From the NCBI GenBank assembly GCA_965246715.1, contig CBDFFH010000029.1, forward strand, positions 64,001 through 128,000: a stretch of DNA of 64,000 nt. The letters are read 5' to 3'. Both the position numbers and the translations under genes were made by a program. The number at the start of each line of letters is the position of its first letter. Position 1 is the first letter of the stretch. The DNA comes from Chamaesiphon sp. (GTDB lineage: Bacteria; Cyanobacteriota; Cyanobacteriia; Cyanobacteriales; Chamaesiphonaceae). The notes under the pieces were generated by a model, which saw nothing but the letters and a program-made list of their open reading frames with translations, was not told the origin of the DNA and made no database searches. Below, one piece after another: positions 33,890 to 45,900 of this stretch.

Positions 33890-34126
33890 ACGTGAGTTCG
33901 GGTTAAAGATGTCCACTTAATGACTCCTAGCTTCGTTTCTGAACCGCCCTCAAATGAATTTGGGGCTAAAAGCAAAAGTTCTCTGAAGAGAACTGCCCAA
34001 TTGATTAGTTCGTTGAAACGAACTTTTGCTTTTAGCCCGTTGGCGTAGCCTTTCGGAACGAAACACTTATAGTTCAGGGCGGTGATTGAGCGAAGCAGAT
34101 CGATTTTCCTTATCCCGAACTCACAT
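33890..34126. mobile_element. IS982-like MITE, subtype 2 (copy E) with a 24-25 bp insert
   Basis: TIRs; flanks TATTTTA / TATGTTA. Confidence 0.82.
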
Positions 34127-34134
34127 TATGTTAT

Positions 34135-35046
34135 TTATTTGGAACTAACAGCATTAAGTTCTGCCTTGCGGGATCTATGCTTGAGCATGATACTTACGCC
34201 GAAAAAACCTAATAGTGTGCCAATGACAGATGAAGGTTCGGGTACGGCTGTTGCAGTTGTAATGGAGCTTGCCGCACCAGAGATGTCTCCGGTAAGCCCC
34301 GTAATACTTCTGGATGAAATCACTCCCCCTACTGAGTTGAGTGTTAACTGAGTTCCACCGCTGGTATAACCATATAGTGTTCCGTTTTCGATCGCGAGTC
34401 CATACACATTGGCAACACCAATATTCCCAAGCTGGGTAGCAGCTCCAGTGCTGGGATCGATCGAGAATAACGTACTATTATTTGGAATTACAGATGTTGC
34501 GAAAAATTTGTTAGTTACCGGATCGAAGGCGATATCACCAGCACTACTAAAGCTAGCGTTGTTGCTGACAAAGCTAGCAAATCCAGTAGTGGGGTCGATC
34601 TTATAGAAACTGTTTAAGTTACTGATATTATTTGGGTCACTGACTGGAGAAACAGGTCTCCCAGTTCCATATAGTTGGTTATTTTTGTCAAACCCTAGCC
34701 CATTGATAAAAAAACCGCCATTAGGATCGTTAGGACTAGTCGGGCCAACTTTTGTTGATGTCCCTGTAATTCGATTGATTCGATAAAGTTCGCTAGGATT
34801 GCCAAAGCGAGTCCCGAACAGGTTGCCATTACTATCTAAAGCGATGTCAGCAAAAGCAGGAGTGCCATTAATTACAAATGGAGTATATATTCCATTTGAG
34901 ACATTAACATCTCCAACAGATCCCACTGTTCCAGAAGATGATATTGTCGAAATAATTACGGCTCTTGCTGGTAGCACCGTAACGATCGACCCGCCAATTA
35001 CCATTATTGCAGTAGCAACTGATGTAAAATTTTTAAAGATTGACAT
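34135..35046 (-). CDS. PEP-CTERM exported protein (beta-propeller-like repeats)
   Basis: Signal peptide, DIAxD / IDPTTG repeats, VPEPSS tail. Confidence 0.88.
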   Translation of the reverse strand: MSIFKNFTSVATAIMVIGGSIVTVLPARAVIISTISSSGTVGSVGDVNVSNGIYTPFVINGTPAFADIALDSNGNLFGTRFGNPSELYRINRITGTSTKVGPTSPNDPNGGFFINGLGFDKNNQLYGTGRPVSPVSDPNNISNLNSFYKIDPTTGFASFVSNNASFSSAGDIAFDPVTNKFFATSVIPNNSTLFSIDPSTGAATQLGNIGVANVYGLAIENGTLYGYTSGGTQLTLNSVGGVISSRSITGLTGDISGAASSITTATAVPEPSSVIGTLLGFFGVSIMLKHRSRKAELNAVSSK

Positions 35047-35383
35047 GTTAGCTTACCTAATATTTTGTCTGGTCTGAATTCAAATGTGACGCTTGTAAAA
35101 ATCAGCGTCTTAAATCACAAAAGTGCTCAATCCACTTGGACTTAAGTTATATAGTTGGATTAATGTTATGTAATTAGGGTATTAGAAATAAATCGACAGT
35201 TAACTTGACATATCAATCAATAACACCGTAATCTAAATATTACTCGAACTCAATCGAAATCGACTTGAGCTATTTAGCTGAATTATTTAGCTTTTATTGG
35301 TGGCAGGTAAAATATCGCACTAAAATTAGCATTGTCTGTGTCAAAAGTGATAAATTTAGAATATAAATAACGATCGCGTTGCC

Positions 35384-36103
35384 ATGCTAGCTGGCATGAA
35401 ATATTCTTACTATAATTTTTCAGATTTTCTCAGGCGACCGAACGGAACAGCCGATTCTCTCGATCGACATCCGAGCGATATCGAAATTATTCAGGATACC
35501 TGGAAAGGCTTAGATATTTTAGTAGAAGATGAAGTAGCAAAGTCAATATTGGAAGTAGTTGTCGCCAAAGATCTGCGATCGCCAATTCGGATTTTACCGA
35601 TCGGTTCTGCTACCGCAGTGATGCGGCAGCTTGCCGTGAGATATAAAGCTACCAGATATGCGAGAAATAATGTAGCCGAAGTCTGTGCATTTTTAGATGG
35701 AGATATGTCATTACAGGAGCCAGCACAGATTAAGCAATTTATGAATACGCTGGAGAATCCTTACGAACGAAAAGAAGCCCGATCCTGGCTGGACAAACGT
35801 TTGCTATTTCTACCCGGTCGTACGTGGCCGGAAGCATGGATTATCAACCCTAGAGATCGACAACATTTTTATGCGCGATTTAAGCAAGAGCTAAATATCT
35901 CGATAAGTGAAGTTGACAATCTATTTACTGCTGCATCTAATGCTGACAAACATCATGAATTGTCAGCGATCGCAGCTATGCTAAAACTCGATCGCCTCAT
36001 CGTCACAAAGTACCTCATTGAGAGTGCATTTGAATCTGCACCAGTAGAATCGAGCGAAATTATCGATGCGATCGAGCGATTAATTGGCTGCCCGCAGTGC
36101 TAA
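35384..36103 (+). CDS. Stand-alone TOPRIM-like hypothetical protein
   Basis: ILVEDEVA...ILPIG...FLDGD pattern. Confidence 0.55.
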   Translation: MLAGMKYSYYNFSDFLRRPNGTADSLDRHPSDIEIIQDTWKGLDILVEDEVAKSILEVVVAKDLRSPIRILPIGSATAVMRQLAVRYKATRYARNNVAEVCAFLDGDMSLQEPAQIKQFMNTLENPYERKEARSWLDKRLLFLPGRTWPEAWIINPRDRQHFYARFKQELNISISEVDNLFTAASNADKHHELSAIAAMLKLDRLIVTKYLIESAFESAPVESSEIIDAIERLIGCPQC

Positions 36104-36163
36104 ATCCGATCGTGGATAGCCGGAGCTTTTTAATTATATTCAGCAAGAAAGCGAGCCGTTTAG

Positions 36164-37195
36164 CTACAACATCGGTAGATCTAGGCGGGGATTGAAGGTT
36201 TCGATATCGCGTAACTTTTGATAGAGTTCGCGTTCGACTGGAAGTAGAGTTTTTGGGACGACGATTTGGATTTCTAGTAATTGGTCGCCGCGCCTACCAT
36301 CTTCACCAGGAAATCCCTTGCCAGCAAGACGCAATTTTTGCCCGGAGATAATGCTAGCAGGCAGGCTGATTTTAACTAAACCGTCGAGTGTTGGCACTTC
36401 AACAAATCCGCCTAAGACAGCTTCTGCGGGAGTAACCGGAAGTTGACAATAGACATCGATGCCTTCGAGTTTGAAGAACTGGTGTGGGGAGACATTAATT
36501 TTTAGATAGAGGTCGCCGCCAGCGATACCCTGTCCTCGGAGGCGAATTTTTTGACCAGAAATCAAGCCAGGGGGCATATCTACTTCTAGCGAGCGACCAT
36601 CCTCTTGAATGGTAATCCGTTCGCGTCCGCCCAGATAAGCTTTATCGAGTGGTAAGGTGAGTTCGGCTTCGAGATTTTTGGGGTGTGGTGGGGCTGATTC
36701 GGTAAAGGTTTTGCGGGAGCTGGTGCGCTCTGCTGCTTCGGGTGCGCGGCGCTCGGTAGTCCGATCTCGCGGACTTTGGCGATTTTCGTTCCGGGTGGAT
36801 CGATCGCTATTATTACCGGTCGTTACTTCTTTTTTGCGTCCTAAAAGTCGATCGATAAAGGTGTTGAAATCATCGTTAAAATCTTCATCTGGCGCTCTTT
36901 CTCTAGGCGTATTATTGGACGCTGGCTTGTTGCGATTTCTGCGCCAAAAGCCTGTAAATTTATCGTATTGCGATCGCTTAGAGCTATCCGATAAGACTTC
37001 ATAGGCTTCGCTGACATCTTTAAATTTATCTTCAGCAGCTTTATCGCCGGGATTGAGATCGGGATGATATTTTCGCGCCATGCGTCGAAAAGCTTGTTTG
37101 ATCTCATCGGCGGAGGCATCCCGCGTCACACCCAATAGTTCGTAATAATTGCGAATATCTTGCTGCATGGTTTCAGAATTCGGGGTTGGGGTCAA
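36164..37195 (-). CDS. dnaJ: DnaJ-class co-chaperone (type II, no zinc finger)
   Basis: J domain with HPD; DnaJ_C domain. Confidence 0.9.
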   Translation of the reverse strand: MTPTPNSETMQQDIRNYYELLGVTRDASADEIKQAFRRMARKYHPDLNPGDKAAEDKFKDVSEAYEVLSDSSKRSQYDKFTGFWRRNRNKPASNNTPRERAPDEDFNDDFNTFIDRLLGRKKEVTTGNNSDRSTRNENRQSPRDRTTERRAPEAAERTSSRKTFTESAPPHPKNLEAELTLPLDKAYLGGRERITIQEDGRSLEVDMPPGLISGQKIRLRGQGIAGGDLYLKINVSPHQFFKLEGIDVYCQLPVTPAEAVLGGFVEVPTLDGLVKISLPASIISGQKLRLAGKGFPGEDGRRGDQLLEIQIVVPKTLLPVERELYQKLRDIETFNPRLDLPML

Positions 37196-37291
37196 AGGTG
37201 AGGGGGTGAGAGGGTAAGGGGGTGAACAAAGGCGATCTCGAACTCCAGCTCCCCATTCATTTTCCTAGTCCCCTAGTTTCCAAGTTCCCTA

Positions 37292-39868
37292 TTAGTACCA
37301 TTCATCGTCATCGTCATCCCAATCATCGCGAATCGGTTGAGTAGTAGGTGAATTAGGACGACGCGTGGGGGGATTGGTTTCGGATCTGGCGCGACGAACT
37401 TCGCGGCGATCTTCTAACTCATCAGGATAACGAGGATTGCGCTCTTCTGGTGGGAGCGAGCGCGCGTTATTTGGACGGTTATCTGAGGAATTGGTGTTAC
37501 GCGATGGCGAGCGCGGTACTGATGGATCTACCTCCCGCCGCGAGGCTGAGGGATTGCGATCGTCATCCCATCGATCGCGTTGTGGTGGTTGCGGAGTATC
37601 ATCTACATAGTCATTATCGCGTTGACTGGATCGATCTAAATAATTGTCATTAGCCTGGGGACGACGGGAGTTATTTTCATCTCGGCGCGGTGTGGGATAA
37701 CGTTCATCGCGCGTATAACGCTCTTCATAATCGCGGTTACTATTGGAATTAGAGCGTGGATTGGTGCGATCGCGACGCGGCTGTGAGAGCGAATCATCAC
37801 TGCGGCGATCTCTAGTCGGCTCGTTGTACGGATCTCTAGGCCGATCGAATCCCTGGTTATAATCGGGTCGGCGGTTGTAGTCTTGCGGTGGGAGCGCCCC
37901 GCCTCTGGAATAGTCGTTGTAGTAAGGATCGCGTTGGTTGCCATAAGTGTTATATGGATCGCGGTTATTATAGTTATCGCGATAACTGTAGTCATCGTCA
38001 TCGCCGACAAAAATCTCCTTGAGCGTACCCAAGATTCCTTTATCTTCTTCCTCTGTTAGCGTTCGTACCTGACGGCTAAAATCATACAGTGCTTCATCTA
38101 GCTCGGTTTTGATTTCGTCAATCAGTCGTTCGTCACCATCGGCTAGCGCTTCCCGGATTTCGCGCACCAAGCCTTCGATTTGTTTGCGTTGCGCGTTAGC
38201 AAACTGCATCCCAAATTCCAGCGCGACTTCGCGCAATTGGCGTTCGGCTTGATAGGATAAGGCTTCTGCACGATTGCGTTTATCGACTTTTTCCCGCTTT
38301 TGTTTGTCACTGGCGGCAAACTGGGCTGCTTCATCGATCGCCCGCTGGACTTCGAGGTCGCCTAATGTAGACGCACCTTGAATCGTCACGGTTTGTTCGC
38401 GCCCAGTGGTACGATCCATCGCCGTCACCTGCAGAATACCATTGGCATCGATATCAAGGGAGACTTGCACCTGCGGAATCCCCTTCGGTGCTGGCGGAAT
38501 CCCGGTGAGCTTAAATCTACCCAGCGATTTGTTATCATTGGCCATTTCCCGCTCGCCTTGCACCACATGGACTTCCACCATCGTCTGGTTGTTTTCGGAG
38601 GTGGAAAAGATATCCGATCGCCGGACGGGAATGGTCGTATTGCGTGGGATCAGTTTTTTCATGACACCACCAATTGTCTCCAAGCCCAAGGAGAGGGGTG
38701 TCACATCGAGCAGGAGAATATCTTTGACTTCGCCTGCCAATACCCCCGCTTGAATTGCTGCACCGACAGCGACGACTTCATCGGGGTTGACGTTTTGATT
38801 GGGGCGGCGGTTGATAAAACTCCGCACTAACTCCTGAACGGCGGGAATCCGCGTCGAGCCGCCGACTAAGACGACCTCATCGATATCTTCAGGACTTAAT
38901 TGGGCATCATTCATCGCCCTTTTAATCGGCCCTCGCAGCCGCCCGATCAGATCGGCACATAACTCTTCAAATTGAGCGCGTGTCAGCCGCGTTTCGATGT
39001 GTTTGGGACCATCGGCAGTCGCAGTGATAAAGGGGAGATTGATATCTGTTACCATCACCCCAGAGAGTTCAATTTTCGCTTTCTCCGCCGCTTCGGTCAG
39101 CCGTTGCAGCGATTGCCGTTCCTTGCGGAGATCGATATTTTCATCAGCTAGAAATTTGTCTGCCAGCCAATCGACAATCTTGCGATCGAAATCCATCCCC
39201 CCTAGTTGCACGTCGCCACTAGTCGCCTTGACCTGAAACACGCCATCGCCGACTTCTAACACCGACACGTCAAAAGTCCCGCCACCCAAGTCAAAAGCTA
39301 AAATTAGCTCGCTCTGGCGTTTATCCAATCCGTAAGCCAGCGACGCTGCCGTCGGCTCATTCAAAATTCGCAAGACATCTAATCCCGCAATTTTGCCAGC
39401 ATTTTTCGTCGCTTGGCGTTGGGAGTCATTGAAGTAAGCAGGTACGGTAATTACGGCACCAGTCACGGGTTCGCCTAGATATCTACTTGCTTCATCGGCA
39501 AGTTTTTGCAAAATCATCGCCGAAATTTCTTCCGGCGCATACTCGCGATTTTGTTTGGGACATTTAATTTTGACATTTCCATCTTCATCTTTGCGGATGG
39601 TGAAGGGCACTTGTTTGGCCTTGGAGCTGAGTTCCCCGTATTTGCGCCCCATAAAGCGCTTAACCCCATAAAATGTATTTTGGGGATTGAGTTCGGTTTG
39701 TCGCCGTGCCATCTGCCCGACGAGGCGTTCGCCGTCTTTACTGAAACCAACGACGGAGGGAGTGGTGCGCATACCTTCGGCGTTGGCAATTACCACTGGT
39801 TTTCCACCTTCCATGACGGCTACCACTGAATTGGTGGTACCCAGGTCGATGCCTACTACTTTACCCAT
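37292..39868 (-). CDS. dnaK: Hsp70 chaperone, DnaK3 type with a long C-terminal extension
   Basis: [19 protein letters not shown]; ends [11 protein letters not shown]; directly upstream of dnaJ. Confidence 0.93.
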   Translation of the reverse strand: MGKVVGIDLGTTNSVVAVMEGGKPVVIANAEGMRTTPSVVGFSKDGERLVGQMARRQTELNPQNTFYGVKRFMGRKYGELSSKAKQVPFTIRKDEDGNVKIKCPKQNREYAPEEISAMILQKLADEASRYLGEPVTGAVITVPAYFNDSQRQATKNAGKIAGLDVLRILNEPTAASLAYGLDKRQSELILAFDLGGGTFDVSVLEVGDGVFQVKATSGDVQLGGMDFDRKIVDWLADKFLADENIDLRKERQSLQRLTEAAEKAKIELSGVMVTDINLPFITATADGPKHIETRLTRAQFEELCADLIGRLRGPIKRAMNDAQLSPEDIDEVVLVGGSTRIPAVQELVRSFINRRPNQNVNPDEVVAVGAAIQAGVLAGEVKDILLLDVTPLSLGLETIGGVMKKLIPRNTTIPVRRSDIFSTSENNQTMVEVHVVQGEREMANDNKSLGRFKLTGIPPAPKGIPQVQVSLDIDANGILQVTAMDRTTGREQTVTIQGASTLGDLEVQRAIDEAAQFAASDKQKREKVDKRNRAEALSYQAERQLREVALEFGMQFANAQRKQIEGLVREIREALADGDERLIDEIKTELDEALYDFSRQVRTLTEEEDKGILGTLKEIFVGDDDDYSYRDNYNNRDPYNTYGNQRDPYYNDYSRGGALPPQDYNRRPDYNQGFDRPRDPYNEPTRDRRSDDSLSQPRRDRTNPRSNSNSNRDYEERYTRDERYPTPRRDENNSRRPQANDNYLDRSSQRDNDYVDDTPQPPQRDRWDDDRNPSASRREVDPSVPRSPSRNTNSSDNRPNNARSLPPEERNPRYPDELEDRREVRRARSETNPPTRRPNSPTTQPIRDDWDDDDDEWY

Positions 39869-40090
39869 CCGTTGCTTCCCTTAGTATGACTAATTTGTCA
39901 CAAATATTGGTTTTATTTTATCCGATCGCTCGATCGTTCAGGTGAGGATAGCACTACTTAGTGGCGAGTGACTAGTGGCTAGTAGCTGGCGACTAGTGAA
40001 TAATGGATATTAATGGAAGAATCGCATCGGCAATCGATCGACGCACTTGCACGTTCCAAATACCAGCCACTAGTAGCTACTAAGAAATAG

Positions 40091-40570
40091 ATGAACCTAG
40101 ACGAACAAATCCAATCCCTGATCGATGGCGCGCCAGATCTTGAGAGCCGCGCGAGTGTAACGGCGATCGCTCCAATCTTACAACAGGTCGCCGCTACTTT
40201 ACCCCAGCCAGAGTACTATATTTGTCAAAGTTCTCAAGGTGAATGGGAGCTAACTATCCTCCGCCATCGTCAGCAGCCTGACGTGGAAATTAAAGTTATT
40301 TATGCATTTACCAGCATTAAAGATCTAACTCGATTCAATCGTGGCAGATCGAATTCTGGGACGGCAGTCAAGATCCCGATCGTGCAGTTATTATTCGATC
40401 TCTTAGCATTTTCTGATATCGATCGAGCGATCTTTTTAAATGATTCCGATAATCTCGATCGCGGTCGTGAAATCTCGCGTCAGGAGTTGGAAAACTCGAT
40501 CGTGTTGGAGTTGCAACAGCGAACTATGCCAGCGCAACAGACATCTAATTTGCCACCAGATGTCTGTTGA
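40091..40570 (+). CDS. Hypothetical protein
   Basis: Clean ORF divergent from dnaK. Confidence 0.65.
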   Translation: MNLDEQIQSLIDGAPDLESRASVTAIAPILQQVAATLPQPEYYICQSSQGEWELTILRHRQQPDVEIKVIYAFTSIKDLTRFNRGRSNSGTAVKIPIVQLLFDLLAFSDIDRAIFLNDSDNLDRGREISRQELENSIVLELQQRTMPAQQTSNLPPDVC

Positions 40571-40608
40571 CGATCCAAAAATTTCGGCAATTCTTTTAAA
40601 AATACCTA

Positions 40609-40781
40609 ACGTGAGTTCGGGTTAAGAAGAGCCTAGAGACTGGAAGTCTCGACTTGTGATGCAAAGTCCGCCTTCGCGGACTAGGATATTAGTCCGCGAA
40701 GGCGGACTTTGCAGTGCTAGCCCCGATTTCAATCGGTGGCGGGACTCAATCGAAGCAAATATCCTTAACCCGATCTCACGT
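40609..40781. mobile_element. IS982-like MITE, subtype 1 (copy G)
   Basis: TIRs; 6 bp TSD TACCTA on both sides. Confidence 0.87.
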
Positions 40782-40824
40782 TACCTAGCAAGATTACATA
40801 TATACAGATCGCCCCAAATTTAGC

Positions 40825-41382
40825 TCACTTCTTAAATATCATGGCTCTGCCAAATGCCGGCCGCTCGGTTAACTTTTGCATATAACTAACTACTGTTGGA
40901 TATGCAGATAAATCTAGCTTGAGGAGTACTGGAATATAATTTAAAATTGCGCCGACGGCTACATCCGCAACACTAAATTCATCGCCCAATAGATATGGCT
41001 GGTTGCTAAATAGTTCGTTTAATGGAGTCATTAATTTAGGCAGCTCGCGCTCTCGATTCTCTTCACCAAAGATCCCAGGGCCTAATGTTGCATTAGCAAA
41101 TAACGTCCATTGCATTAAAATTGCTTCTTGCTCGATCGATCGATCGGGTTTGCCATATTTACGATCGAGATACAACAAAATTGCGCCAGATTCAGATAAA
41201 GCAAAATCACCATCAACGATCGTCGGTACCTTCCCAAACGGATTGAGTTTCAGAAAGTCGACTTGACGATGTTGGCCTGCGGACATATCCAACAGGATAA
41301 ATTCATAGGGTATGGCTAATTCTTCTAAATACCACCGCACGATCGAAGCCCGACTCCGCGCACCACCATAAAGTTTAATCAT
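40825..41382 (-). CDS. Glutathione S-transferase family protein
   Basis: NPFGKVP, ESGAILLYL, FSVADV. Confidence 0.9.
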   Translation of the reverse strand: MIKLYGGARSRASIVRWYLEELAIPYEFILLDMSAGQHRQVDFLKLNPFGKVPTIVDGDFALSESGAILLYLDRKYGKPDRSIEQEAILMQWTLFANATLGPGIFGEENRERELPKLMTPLNELFSNQPYLLGDEFSVADVAVGAILNYIPVLLKLDLSAYPTVVSYMQKLTERPAFGRAMIFKK

Positions 41383-41474
41383 GTTAGTTATTTAATGTGA
41401 CTATTTTTGCTCGAACTGACGATCGCTGTTACTCGCTTGTATCATATTACCGGATCCGAAAATATTCAGAATAT

Positions 41475-42923
41475 TTAGCCACGATCGGCATCGGTAGATT
41501 TAAGATTGGTCTGACGAAATAATTTGACGGCGTAGCTGAAGATCTGGGTAATCAGGATGGCTTGGGATGGTGTCCAATTTGGTTTGCCAGTGCAGATGAC
41601 ACCGACTTCGCCGATCGTCCAGTCTCGCTTGTGGTAATTTGTCGCAGCGGATCGCACGATGTGCGGTTTCGATTTTGCCGAATGACCAGGCTGTGGGGCG
41701 GCAACGATCGGGCAAATCAGCATTTGTGCTGCTGGATGTAAGAGATTTTGATATAAGCTCGGAACGATCTCTGGAGGTGGATCGATCCAATTTAGTTGCA
41801 GGCATAGATGTTGATAAAACTCTCGGTAAGACTGAAGATCGACTTGTTTACCGAGCGCACTAACCGGATCGAGCCGTCCTTGGCTACCATACTCACAGAT
41901 GACATTTGCGGTAGCATTTTGGCGATCGTGAATCGATACCCAACAGTAATCGGCTTCGATCGTATCGCCCAAGGCATGGAGCGTTTGGGTGAGGATGTCA
42001 TACTCGCTAGTCGCAGTGCTAACTTGTTGCAGGACGAGATTTAAGATCTTGATACAGGCGATCGCTTGCTGATGTTCGGCGGTTTCCTGTTGGAGGTGAG
42101 AGATGAACTTGATTTGAAAGTCTTCTAATTCTTGGTTGCGCCGCTCCCATACATCTGACATTGCCAGCACCCGATCGGTATTGTCTTGAAACATGATGAT
42201 ACTGCCAACGATCTCGCCCTCGATATCGGCAATCGGCGAGGCGGTATCGTAGATCGGGATTTCGTCACCATTCTTCGCTACCAGCCAACATTTTTCTGGT
42301 GATTTAACAGTCTGGCTCAAGCGCATCGCTCTCAGGCTAGGATTTTCGATCGGGGTGCTATCGCTTTCCCAAATTAGATGAAAGATTTGACCGATTTCTA
42401 GTCCGATCGCCTCTCGCTCTTGCCAACCAGTCAGCGATTGCGCGAGTGGATTCATCAAGGTAATGAGTCCCTGTCGATCGGTAATAATAATCCCCCCACC
42501 AATACTGTCTAAAGTATTCAATAAATATGCTTGGGCGGTTTTAGCAGCTCGCTCCTGTCGATGACGCTGGAGGGCGATCTGGATCGTAGTTTGCAATGAT
42601 TGTGCTTGAAAAGGTTTGACGATATAGCCAAATGGATTGGTTCGAGTCGCGCGTTTTAAAGTTAGCTCATCGGCATGAGCGGTAAGATAAATTACCGGAA
42701 TATCCAATTGATGATAGATCTCATCTCCAGCAGCGATCCCATCCATTTCTCCTGCCAAGCGGATATCCATCAGCACCAGATCTGGATCGGTAGTTAGGGC
42801 TGATTGAATTGCTTCCGAGCCTGAAACCACCCGATCGATCGCCGTATGCCCGAGTTTTTCTAGGGTTTCTTTAATATCCCAAGCAACAATATGTTCGTCT
42901 TCAACTATCAAGATATTAGCCAC
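41475..42923 (-). CDS. Response regulator with PAS and GAF-like domains
   Basis: ILIVEDE, DLVLMDI, KPF receiver; NPLAQSLTGW PAS. Confidence 0.85.
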   Translation of the reverse strand: MANILIVEDEHIVAWDIKETLEKLGHTAIDRVVSGSEAIQSALTTDPDLVLMDIRLAGEMDGIAAGDEIYHQLDIPVIYLTAHADELTLKRATRTNPFGYIVKPFQAQSLQTTIQIALQRHRQERAAKTAQAYLLNTLDSIGGGIIITDRQGLITLMNPLAQSLTGWQEREAIGLEIGQIFHLIWESDSTPIENPSLRAMRLSQTVKSPEKCWLVAKNGDEIPIYDTASPIADIEGEIVGSIIMFQDNTDRVLAMSDVWERRNQELEDFQIKFISHLQQETAEHQQAIACIKILNLVLQQVSTATSEYDILTQTLHALGDTIEADYCWVSIHDRQNATANVICEYGSQGRLDPVSALGKQVDLQSYREFYQHLCLQLNWIDPPPEIVPSLYQNLLHPAAQMLICPIVAAPQPGHSAKSKPHIVRSAATNYHKRDWTIGEVGVICTGKPNWTPSQAILITQIFSYAVKLFRQTNLKSTDADRG

Positions 42924-42977
42924 GATCGGGAGCCTAGAGATGGGTGAGTGAGAGGGAGAGAGGGGGGATGTCCAGTA

Positions 42978-45900
42978 TTAGGGACGGATCGGAAAGACAA
43001 TCTTGAAGACAGTCATCTCATCAGTCTCTAACTCTAAGGTACCTTTAATTTGCCGAATCAGGGACAACACTAATGTTAGTCCCATCGATCGCACATTATT
43101 GATGTCGAAATCAGCAGGTAACTTTTGGCCGTTATTTGCTACCGAAAGGTTCAGAAAATCTGCGCCACTGGTTACGAGTTTTACTAATACCTGCCCACGA
43201 TTGCCATCAGGAAAGCCATGTTTGAATGCATTGGTAACTAATTCATTAATTATCAAGCCACAGAGCACAGCTTTGTCTATACCGATCGTCACATCTGGCT
43301 GGATATCCACTTGGAGGGAGATCGTCGTGCGAGCGACAGTATAGCTTTCAAATAAGTTATTAACTAAGATTTGGACGTATTCGGCAAAATTTAGGGCTGC
43401 TAAATTTGTCGATTGGTACAGAATTTCATGAATCAACGCCATTGCCCGCACCCGGTTTTGACTGTCTTGGAGAATTTCAGCTAATAGTGGATCGGTGATG
43501 CGATTGCTTTGCAAACTCAGCAGACTCGAAATAATTTGGAGATTGTTGGTGACCCGATGGTGGATTTCGCGGAGCAATACTTCTTTTTCGACTAACGAGT
43601 TTTGGATCTGCGTTTCCGATTTGCGCCGTTCGGTAATATCTTCGATCGCCAGTAAAATACTCTGTTCCTCAAGATCGTCGCTAATCTTGCGGGCATTGAG
43701 CAACAACACCCGAGGCTCGCGGTTGTCGAGCGGTTGCGTCATCTCAAAATCATTAAATTCGGTGTTACTGGTGAGGATAGTTGCGAGTAGCGATCGCAAA
43801 CTCGGCAGATCCCACACCCCGTTGCCCAACTCAAAGATCGATCGCTGCTCGGTTTGCTCTGGCGTTACGGCAAAAGTACTGTAGAAATAGCGATTGGCCC
43901 GAATTATCCGAAAGTCAGCCGCTAAAACTAGGAGTGGCTGTCTGACCGTTTCGACGATCGCATTAGCATAGTCCCGTGCGGCTTCTAAGCCCATCGCACT
44001 GCGCTTGAGCGTATCGATATCGATCGATCCCATTACTACCCCGTCGATGCGATTGTCGAGCGTCCGATATGGGCGAATCCGCAAGCTGTACCACCGTCCC
44101 ATGCGATCCTGGACTTCCTGCTCCTTGGTCACGAGGGTATCGATCGTCTCCTGAATCGATGCGCCTAGCTCGGGGAGAACTAGATTGGGCTGAATGTCGC
44201 TAAACGGACGACCTAAATCGGTAGGAATTAAGTTAAAAACTTGTTGAGCTAGCGTCGTAAAGCGCCGAATCTTTAGACCGCCATCCAACATCAAAATCGA
44301 AATATTGATATTACTCAACAAATTCTGAAGATCGTTGTCGATCTGGCTCAATTCGGAATTGCGACCGTTGAGTTCTTCATTAATCGTGTGCAACTCCTCA
44401 TTAGTTGCCTGGAGTTCCTCTTGAGATGTTTCTAATTCTTCATTCGTACTTTGTAACTCCTCATTGCTGGACAAAATTTCTTCATTTGCTACTTGGAAGG
44501 CACTTTCGATCGACTCCTGCTCCTCAATCATCGCCTGTAAATATGCCTGTGTTGCAGCTAGTTCTTGTTGCAATCGGGTATTTTCTCGCGCTAAGGCTGA
44601 CTGTTTGCCGCCTTTACCCACAGCGCTGACAGTAGCATCGGATTCGATTCCCGCGAGCGCTGACTCCTCAAATAGCACCAGAAAGTAGCGTCTGTCCGCG
44701 CCGATTTTAAAGGGAATCACCTCAAGATCGATCTTTTTAATCCCAGTGGTAGTTTGCACATGTAAGCCCTCTTGTCGGACGACTTCGTTTTGCTGTTTGG
44801 CCTGATGGACGGCGGCGCGTAATCCTACCAAAATATCCGATTTTGCCATCTTAAACAGATTGAAACTCGGTTTGCCCGCAGCAGGTTCGAGATAAGCACC
44901 TGTTTGGCCGCGAAACTGGACGATATTCATCTCCTCATTGACGATCGCACCGACTGGAGCGTAACGGTTTAAGACGATTCGATCCGCTTCTTGGTGGAGA
45001 TCGAGATCGCTGCGATTATCTTCATCGATCGGCATCAGCGGCTTCACTTTTTCTAAGGATAAATTGCTGCTATTATTAAAACGTAGGTAGTGGCTCTTGT
45101 GGTCTAGTTTTCGTCGATAAATCTTCGATTTTTTATCGACTGGATCGAATAATTCCGAAAATTCCCCGATCGTCTCTGAAGTCCCTAAGATCGCGAAACC
45201 ATTGGGATTGAGTGCATAATGAAAAATTGGGATCAGCCGTTTTTGTAATTCTGCACCTAAATAAATTAGGACATTGCGACAGCTAATCAGGTCGAGCTGT
45301 GAAAATGGTGGATCGACAATCAGATTTTGTTTGGCAAAAACGCATAACTCACGAACTGATTTACCGATCTGATAACCGCCCTCTACTTCTACAAAAAAGC
45401 GTTGTATTCGCTCGCTACTCACGCCTTCCATCTGTCCTAATGTATAGATACCTGCGCGAGCGCGGGCGATTGAAATTTCACTAATATCCGTTGCAAAAAT
45501 CTGAATTGGTAACTGAATTTCCTGCTCTTCTAAATACTCCAACAAACAGATTGCGATCGAATAGACTTCCTCGCCTGTCGCACACCCCGCACTCCAAATT
45601 CGCAGTGACGCTCCTGGATGTTTGGCTGCGAGCATCGCTGGAAAAACTTTACGCTTGAGTGTATTAAATACAAAGAGATCGCGAAAGAAACTGGTGACGT
45701 TAATTAATAAATCTCGATATAACTCTTCTACTTCTAGTGGCTCAGACTGAAGATAGTGGAGGTACTCATCCAGCCTGTTGAGATTGTGTAACGCCATCCG
45801 CCGCAGCATCCGCCGCATCAACGTTGCCGACTTATAGCCTGTAAAGTCTAGCCCTTTTGCCGTTTTGAGCAGCGTAAAAATTATTGCTAAAGTATTGTTG

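Noticed and set aside
39955..40000. Degenerate heptamer runs (also 20455, 37263, 50012)
   Set aside because: Ordinary STRR-type intergenic repeats
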